Positions 48,743 to 56,547 of a DNA stretch of 56,547 bases are shown piece after piece. Both the position numbers and the translations under genes were made by a program. Below the pieces are notes generated by a model. The model worked only from the letters and a program-made list of their open reading frames with translations. It was not told the origin of the DNA and searched no databases. Origin of the DNA: Rozella allomycis CSF55 (Eukaryota); the NCBI GenBank assembly GCA_000442015.1, contig KE561174.1, positions 1 through 56,547 of the forward strand, in the 5' to 3' direction. The first letter of the stretch is position 1; every line of letters starts with the position of its first letter.

Positions 48743-50272
48743 TTATTTGTTGGTAAATCCACTGGCTCTTCGTTGTCTTTGCTTCATTCTCAAGAATTTT
48801 GACGAGTTGGCTATAGATTCATCTTTTAGTCGGATTAGTTCTGCCAAAACGTTTCGCAACGAGATAAGCTGGGACTCGCTTGGCTGCGATAGTATATTTT
48901 CAGTAATTGCTATTAGTTTGTTCAAAGTACGCAGATCCCGGGGACCGGATTTTAGAGTGCGAAGAAACTCCGGGAGTCTGAGAACCAGTTTCCATGCCTT
49001 GTTCGAGTGCTCTAGAGGAATTTTGTCAAACAGGTCCAAGAATTTACTTGGAGATAGTTCTTTAAGACAATACTGGGAGATTACGGATATCATTCTGTCA
49101 TTATTTGAAATGGTTGCCATGTTCTTTTCTATTTGCCGCATGATATCCGTTTTAGCCCGCTCACACAGTTTTTGTGAGAGGCAGAATTCTACATTTGCAG
49201 GCAGATTATGCTTTAAAGAATCTTCAATTGGAAAAAATCCGTTAATTATGCTTGACTTTCTGTACCGATTATTGTGGTAACATATGCTCGGCGCTTGCTC
49301 GAAAAATGCGATTCTATTGAACAAGTCGTTATTGACAAAATCTATCACGTCTTCATTTGGAATACCGGGAATTAGTATGGTTTGGTCTGGGTCATCTGCA
49401 CGCTCCGCCTTGTCAATCATTGCTTTAAGGCTCTGGCGATCGGTTATTGAATTGCATATTTTGCTGAAATTGTTGGCTGGGTCGCTACACATTGGACTCG
49501 AATTATAATATTCAGTGATTTTCTCGAAATGCTTGTGATATACCAATTTCAGTGTTTCTACGCAAAGTGGCCACTGTGTCCTTTTCATTCCATTGTACTT
49601 TTGGAATATATTTCCCGCGTCGTATTTTAAAATTTCATAAAGGATGTTATTCGGAAGTTGAAAATTTTGTGCCAAGTAAATGAATATATGTTCACTGTCG
49701 TGCTTTAATACCGCTTTCAATGAATTTAAATCGATATAGGGCTTTATAAGCTCCCAAAGACTTATAGCTTCAATCGAATTGAAAATTATTGGGGAATTAG
49801 AGTTGCATAATATCTTCATAATTTTCATTTCCCTTCGTTCAGGCGTATCACTATTCAAAACTTCAAGCATATTAAGATCGTTCAGGACTTTGCTGTATTC
49901 CAAAACTTCCTGTACAACCATTCTAAAAAATTCATCTTCATTTGTTTCTTTGCACAATTGCAGATAATGTAGAATATCGGGAATTCCATAGCTTTGAAAG
50001 AACTCCCGCCGCTTCAATCCATTGTCAAATAACAAGGAATGATCAATGTTGTCTTTGGAATCTAGCAATTTTAATATATCGTTTGCAAAGAATACTGACA
50101 TTTTGTCGCTGGCACCTTTCAACTGATTCTGGTCTTCTAAAGTCAAGTTTTCCTTGAGTAAATATAGTATATCATCTGGGAGATTGTCAAGCTGAAATAT
50201 CTCTGCCGGTTTTGAAGCCTTTAAGGAACGCGGGAAAAGTATGCAAAATAATAATATGAAAATATTTTTCAT
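48743..50272 (-). CDS. Secreted protein with N-terminal F-box-like motif, intronless
   Basis: Signal peptide MKNIFILLFCILFPRSLKA followed directly by LDNLPDDILYLLKENLTLEDQNQLKGASDKM. Confidence 0.7.
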   Translation of the reverse strand: MKNIFILLFCILFPRSLKASKPAEIFQLDNLPDDILYLLKENLTLEDQNQLKGASDKMSVFFANDILKLLDSKDNIDHSLLFDNGLKRREFFQSYGIPDILHYLQLCKETNEDEFFRMVVQEVLEYSKVLNDLNMLEVLNSDTPERREMKIMKILCNSNSPIIFNSIEAISLWELIKPYIDLNSLKAVLKHDSEHIFIYLAQNFQLPNNILYEILKYDAGNIFQKYNGMKRTQWPLCVETLKLVYHKHFEKITEYYNSSPMCSDPANNFSKICNSITDRQSLKAMIDKAERADDPDQTILIPGIPNEDVIDFVNNDLFNRIAFFEQAPSICYHNNRYRKSSIINGFFPIEDSLKHNLPANVEFCLSQKLCERAKTDIMRQIEKNMATISNNDRMISVISQYCLKELSPSKFLDLFDKIPLEHSNKAWKLVLRLPEFLRTLKSGPRDLRTLNKLIAITENILSQPSESQLISLRNVLAELIRLKDESIANSSKFLRMKQRQRRASGFTNK

Positions 50273-50406
50273 GGTGGCTTGGCCCGATCTAAGTACATTT
50301 TCATTAAGGGTTCCTTGTTACTTTCTGAAATACTCATGATCAGATAACTAATTTGTCATGTTATGCCAAATAATTATAAATTACCACTATTTTTGCTACT
50401 ACTATA

Positions 50407-50751
50407 ATGAAGTTTACAATCTTGGCTCTGTTGTCTGCATTTTCTCCTGCCTTATTGGCCCACGGATACGACAAATATTCTGACGATTATTCCCCATATG
50501 ATTATAACGGATATGAATATGGTGGTAGACATCATAAACACGGGCATTTCGGAAAGCGTGGGGATGACGACTCTTATGATAACTACTATTCTGACAAATA
50601 CTCTGATGGAAAGAACGACTATTACGACTCTTACGAAGACTATGGCTATGGATATGGACACGGTAAAGGTCATGGTCACGGTCACGGACATAACGGCCAT
50701 CACGGAAATCATCATGGCCACGGACATCACAAGAAGTATTACTACTACTGA
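50407..50751 (+). CDS. Small secreted Gly/His/Tyr/Asp-rich protein
   Basis: Signal peptide, two D/Y-rich plus G/H-rich modules separated by KR, ending KKYYYY*. Confidence 0.8.
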   Translation: MKFTILALLSAFSPALLAHGYDKYSDDYSPYDYNGYEYGGRHHKHGHFGKRGDDDSYDNYYSDKYSDGKNDYYDSYEDYGYGYGHGKGHGHGHGHNGHHGNHHGHGHHKKYYYY

Positions 50752-51082
50752 ATAAATTAAGTATTTGCTTGATGTTTCAAAGAACTTTATTCTTTAATAA
50801 CAGTAGTATAATTAGTTCCCTTGTTAATTTTTACTATCCCAGACTCCCTGGCAACAGACTCATGAGTTTTCAACCTCACCCTGATGACATTATTAACAAC
50901 ATCATTCAAGAGATTTGCAAAAGATCTAAAGCNATCATGGACATCACGGCCACAGACATCACAAGAAGTATTACTACTACTAAATAAATTAATTATTTGC
51001 TTGATGTTTCAAAGAACTTTATTCTTTAATAACAGTAGTACTGGTTAATTTTTGATATCCCAGGCTCCCTGGCAACAGACAC

Positions 51083-53406
51083 ATGAGCTTTCAACCTCAT
51101 CCCGATGACATTATTAACAACATTATTCAAGAGATTTGCAAAAGATCTAAAGCGATAATCGTGAAACAAAAGAATGGAGCATCTAATTCAGATCATTTGA
51201 ACATTCCGGACAACGTCTTTGAGATGCNTTGGCAGCATTCATCGTTAGATCTACTATTGTAAATTCGGACAAGAAATTCAATGTGGAAAATGAATTTACC
51301 AATGAAGAAGTTGAAAGATTGATGGACGTACATACTTAGCTTCTGATTAATAGATTTGTGTCAAGGAGATTGTGCAAACGGATTCGCCTAGGTTAGAAAC
51401 ATTGAAGATGCAACTATTATTTGATTCGTCTTTACCAATTCAATGTAATACCAATTCTTTATTTTTAGAGACGAACATTTGAAGAAGAGTAGAAATTCTA
51501 AAACGTCACAGCTCGCTCCTCTTTTGCGAGAAATCTTAGATTTTTCTTCCAAAAATTTAGCCAATATTGATGGTATGATACAATGACGAAAATATAATAG
51601 AACTTTACAGGAAAATTGTAATGTACGTGATTATAAAAAGTGAACTGGGTGATCCAATGAATCTCAACGTTGTAAAAGAAACGACTGGTACAGTATCGTT
51701 CTCATGATAATGATAGCTGGNATGTTGTGAAAGAAACTACAGGTATAGTCTGATTTTTATTTTAAAGATAGCTGGATTGGAAAGCACATTTCCAACATCG
51801 GAAGTTCATGTTTTTATTAGTTTGCCGAGGCCGGAGAAAGAGACTCAGCTTAATGGACTAGTCCAATTAGTTGCTGGAATAAGACTTTTTAATAAAGATA
51901 TAGGAAAAGGAGGTGAAGGGATAGAAGATCGTACGCCATTAACTCTATTTTAACCTAGTGCCATCATTCTGTGATCAGAAATTTGAAGTGCTAGATTCAG
52001 ATATAGGCAAAAACAATGAATTGTTTAAGCAACTTATTCAGAGATATACTGCGATGGCTAAAGTTTGCGAATTAAAAGAGGATGAAGAGGAATCCAAATT
52101 ATGTCAAAGGTCGAAAGAAGCTTTGATTTTTTGCTATCAGATAGTTAAATATTTAGAAGTGATAAGAGTATATTATTCAGTTCCCCATTATAGGATCATC
52201 AGGCATCAAGCTTAAAGACATTGTCAGAAAACAGACAAAAGTATTTCGAGACAATAAAGAACCTTAAGCAAATTTGCAAAGCAAAGACAGCAGTACCTGT
52301 CGATCACGTTTATGTAAAACTTTTATATGTTTAAAACTTTAGCCTCTCTTTATGTTATTGAGCACTTGTTGGAACACTTGGAAAGAAGAACTTTTTCTAT
52401 TGACATTCAGAGATGAGATATTTAAGAAGATGGTGGGTTTTTCTAAAGTAAGGGGATATCATTATAATAATTGAATTTCAGGATCATTGTTCCACCGACA
52501 TATGAGGACGCCATAATAAGAAATACGAATTCTACTTATGTTATTACGAAAACAGATGTAGAAATAATCAATACGGCTGCTGATCTGATGAGTACAGTGG
52601 GTCTTTACAATCGAAAAATTGAAGTTCTCCATCCTGGAAACTCTTCTGTCTATCACAAATTATACACAGAATATGCTGTAAAAAATGATGGCTTCCATAA
52701 AAGGGGTTTTGTCCAACTTCTGTGGCTACAAAGGAAGCCTTCTTAATTCCTGGTACAAAGAATGTTGGAATCCTTCGATATAAGGACCAACTATTCTCAT
52801 TTGCCTCATTTGATGCCGCTATTGAATTTGCTAAAGCGCCAGAGGAGTATGAATATATCCTATATAAGACTAGAATTTTGAAAGGAATTGTTGATATGGC
52901 ATGTTCCTACCCTCAGCTAGTATACATTTTGAATCTCCACCGCTATTTCCCGACAATTGCTGCATTAGAAAATGTGAGATCTTTTGCGAAACAAAAGTTA
53001 CTCGGGAAAGTAGCAATAAACTTTGATGCTTCATGTCAAACGGATACGCATATTATTGATCAAAATATTGACCCTGATTATGAATGGAATGAATGGGAAA
53101 TGAGACGAAAAGCAATAATGCTGGTATGATATACTTTAATCCACAATAGGTTAATTTGAGACACAAAAGGACTCATGCAGCACAGACTGACAAGAGCCAT
53201 TTTAGACGCGAAAATTTTAGTCAGCATTACGAACCAAAGTAAAAATTAAGCTTATCATCTCAAATTTTAGGGTTTCAGAAACGCAAACTAAAAAGGATTC
53301 ATCAACAAAAGTACCCAAGAAGGTGAATTTCTTGGCTGGATTGAGGCATGATGGAAAGAAGGGAACTCATTTAAACGTTGTTGATTTAACGCTAAATATA
53401 GGCTAA
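51083..53406 (+). CDS. CFAP206: Cilia- and flagella-associated protein 206, multi-exon
   Basis: IINNIIQEI, LAAFIVR, PRLETLKMQ..FD, LVAGIRLFNKD.GKGGEGI, KTAVPVDHVYP, QTDTH....NIDPDYEWNEWEMRRKAI.LVNLR, QTDKSHFRRE; Ns at 51228 and 51721. Confidence 0.9.
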
Positions 53407-53482
53407 AAAATTAAAGAATTTTATAAATGTTATCTATCATTGAATTAAAATTGTTTCCGCTGGCAACATTTCAATAATCTTC

Positions 53483-56443
53483 TTAGAATATCTGAACACA
53501 AACTAATTGATCATTTCGATTTCCCAAACAAATATAATTGCCATTTGTGACTGGGCTACTAAAAGTTTCACCTACATTAATAGTCTTTTTCAGTATTAAT
53601 GTAGACAGATCAATATTGACCAAGTATTCGTTCTGAATATTCCAAGCAGTTATAGAGCCTTCTTTTGCCATAAAACAAAATGAGCCATTGAGTGGATGTG
53701 TTAGCTTTATTGTCTTCAGTACAACGCCGCTATTAGCATTTATAACAACCAAAGAATCCTGAGAACTAATAATACAATTGGGGCCGTTAATCGAATCAAC
53801 GAAAAATGAGGGCGTTTGAAATATTGGCGACCCCAGGGATCCTTCAAACAACTAATTTATCAAAAATGAATTAATTACTAATATTCCATCGATATCAAAC
53901 GACATGTACTTGCCATTTACAGTGGACACCAAAAATGAGCACGGTGACAATTTGATAGGACTGGCAAAGCAAGGTGCATCTAGTTTTTTCGACCATAAAA
54001 TATGATTTTCTTTCAAGCAAACAATTTTCCCCTTTAATGTGCAAAATACTACAAGCCTTTGATTGTTAAACAGAACTAGTTACCCTGGCAATTCCAAGGC
54101 TTTACAGCTGATAGCCTCTTCAACAGACAAAATGTTTACAACAATTTGATGTGGAATGGAAACAGTATAAAATTTACCATCGTGAGATCCAAAGTAGCAC
54201 AAATCATCCACAAACAATACGGTACTTTTTACAATATCATCTGTTGGTATGAAGAACTCTTTTCTGCCATTTAAGGCGTCAAAGAAATACACATTGCGAT
54301 CATGACATCCGACAGCGACTAAAAGGCTTTTCGAATCAAAGGAGGCGTTTGCCTCAATTCTGGAAGGTAACAATGTCGACCAAATCATTGTATTTGATAC
54401 GATTTCATAACACATAAAATATCCTGCGTGCGAGCCACAATAGATGTATTGATTTAAAAATCCTGATCCAACTTCCTTGAAATCGACCATTAATGGTGAC
54501 GAATCTACGCAGCTACGCATATCAATTGCAAATGCAGTTAATTCATTTTTAGTTTCCTTAAAATGAGACATTGATCCCTTTTCATATACTCTTGATAATG
54601 TTAAGTTCTTTTCTACATAAGTTGTAGTTGGAACTCTCAGATCTATAGAGTTATGCTTTTTCTTACAACTCCCGCCAATCAATAACTCCAAGCATGTATT
54701 TATTGGATAATTCAACAAACGATTTAAATAATCTTGCTGCTGCACTTTGCTATTGAATTCAAATAGAATTATGGAAAACGCCATCGCAGATATTGATGAA
54801 CCTCCTAACTGAGCCCAGTAGGATGTTAAATTTTCTTGCATAAATCCATAATTAACTCCCAGTAAATGACATCCATGATGAATGAAAAAGAATTCGGGAT
54901 CTTGGGATATCGTTAATCTAAATTCCCCATTCTCCAATTTTCTGGTCAACGCTCTTCTATCAATCTATTTTACTTCATAGACACTCACATACCTTGGCAT
55001 TACTGTTGAGATATTTAGTAAAATCATCAGGAGGTATTTCAATTATAATGTCAGGGATCATTGGGACTGGTAACTGAGAATGTAATAATCGAAAACAAGA
55101 TTCTTTAGAAGAAGCAGAATCAAGGATGAAAAGGTATAACAAATTTTTAAAGTTTATACAACAGGCCTTTTTAACACCTAAAATCCTACATGCTTCATTC
55201 TCAACAACTTCTAACTGCACTCTTTTTCCCAATCGTTTAATTTGGAAATCCTTTCTCCCAACAATAAACAAATTATTATTTTCCAATTTAACCAAATCAC
55301 CTGTGTGATGTTCACTATTTATTCAAATTAACAACATTACGAGCAAACTTCATCGTTAATGATTGAAAAGCGTTTATCACTACATATAATCAATTCACCA
55401 ATCTCATTTTCGGTTAAAGAATCGTTTAATTGTCCATTGCAAAAAAAATTAAAGTAGGTTTCTGTTAACGGCATTCCAATCGACGACAATGGACTCTGTA
55501 TATCTAATTGGCTGATGGAAGCCCAACATGAGATTTCAGTTGTTCCATAAATATTGAACAGCTCAATTTCGCGCTCTCTTATTCGCTCCTTAAATTTAAT
55601 TATCGATCCCAGTGGAAATTGCTCACCGCCAAACACAATCTTCAAGCCACGAATATCAAGGATTGCATCATGATTTAAAAATCCCCAGAATGAAGGAGTA
55701 AGCATTAATAAGCTTATATTCAACAACTTTGCGTGATGGCTGAATAGTTTATTCTTTTCTTCATCAGAATCACAAACAAAAAGAGTTCCATTGCTTTTTA
55801 GACAAAGAAATACTTCAATTATACTGGGATCAAAAGTTAGAGGCGCTGTTAAAATCATTCTAAGCGGTTTGCTTTCCTTGTCCAGTCGAGAATACAAATC
55901 ATCAATATTTGGGATAATACATTCCGATGGAACGTGGACAAGTTTTCTTGTATTTGAAGTAGTGCCACTGGTCATCATTACATATTCTATGTGCGCTTCA
56001 AATCTTTTAATGCTATCGGCATGACTGTTTGAAATCGTTATCATATTCAGATCAACACCCAATGAACTATTTTTATATCCACACTTGTAATAATCAAATT
56101 GCAACTTTTCAACAACCTCATCCACAAGTTTTTCACAATTTTTCGAGTACACGATTTTTGTTGGTCCAACCTGTCGCACTGTTTCTGCCAGTTGACAAAC
56201 ATTATTAAGGTCAAAAGGAATCCAGCACGCTTTTTGATAAAAGATACCCAGCATTATAATCACATCACGGATATTATTCTCTACGATGCACAACACTTTT
56301 TCATCAACAAAAAATGGAAAAGTTCCTATTTCTTTGGAGATTTGACCAAACGTATATTGAATTGTTTTGGAGGTATTCGAGATTGCTGTTTTGGTATTGC
56401 TTTCAATAAAGTTTTGCGAAATAGTATCAAATAGGCATACCAT
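53483..56443 (-). CDS. AASDH: AASDH/ACSF4-like NRPS-type enzyme (adenylation + carrier + PQQ-like beta-propeller), multi-exon
   Basis: YVMMTSGTT, LTFDPS, FGGE, NIYGTTE, GRKDFQIKRLGKR, carrier-site LGGSS, propeller CVDSSP...IYCGSH...W...L..RIEA. Confidence 0.88.
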
Positions 56444-56547
56444 TTAAGCTTTGAAAATCCAAAAATATGAAACAAGCCTCACCGTCTCCTTTAAATAGGT
56501 ATTAAGGTAGTGATCTTTATCCACAAGAGACACACACATTTGTGTAG

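Noticed and set aside
50705-51152. Duplicated His-rich tail and CFAP206 start
   Set aside because: N-joined at 50933; treated as alternative alleles rather than tandem genes.

Overview
Gene-dense, AT-rich eukaryotic (not prokaryotic) DNA from a flagellated early-diverging fungus-like organism. The mix of axonemal genes, fungal-type wall and kinase genes, very short intergenic spacers and 26-31 nt GT-AG introns suggests Rozella/Cryptomycota; this is an inference. About 28 protein genes are present: an inner-arm axonemal dynein heavy chain, ABCG transporter, PA28, DDX42, Yop1, Rix7, an ADAM-type protease, CYRI/FAM49, RasGEF, a kinase, TRAX, a LIM protein, Rna14, roadblock, Ysh1, a SNAPC5-like gene, kinesin-8, RidA, CFAP206, AASDH and several intronless secreted orphans. 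The standout observation is in the 3' part of the dynein gene. Five introns there are each built from 3-5 complete 28-31 nt mini-introns joined head to tail (AG|GTAA) with no exon between them, 19 units in total. This points to tandem whole-intron duplication resolved by recursive (zero-exon) splicing. The arrays sit in a domain with a strong strand-skew switch. Also seen: a 35-bp Helitron-like hairpin+CTAG end present twice, and 13 single-N joins, most flanked by two divergent copies (probably uncollapsed alleles). Gene boundaries were read by eye and span introns; no database searches were run.
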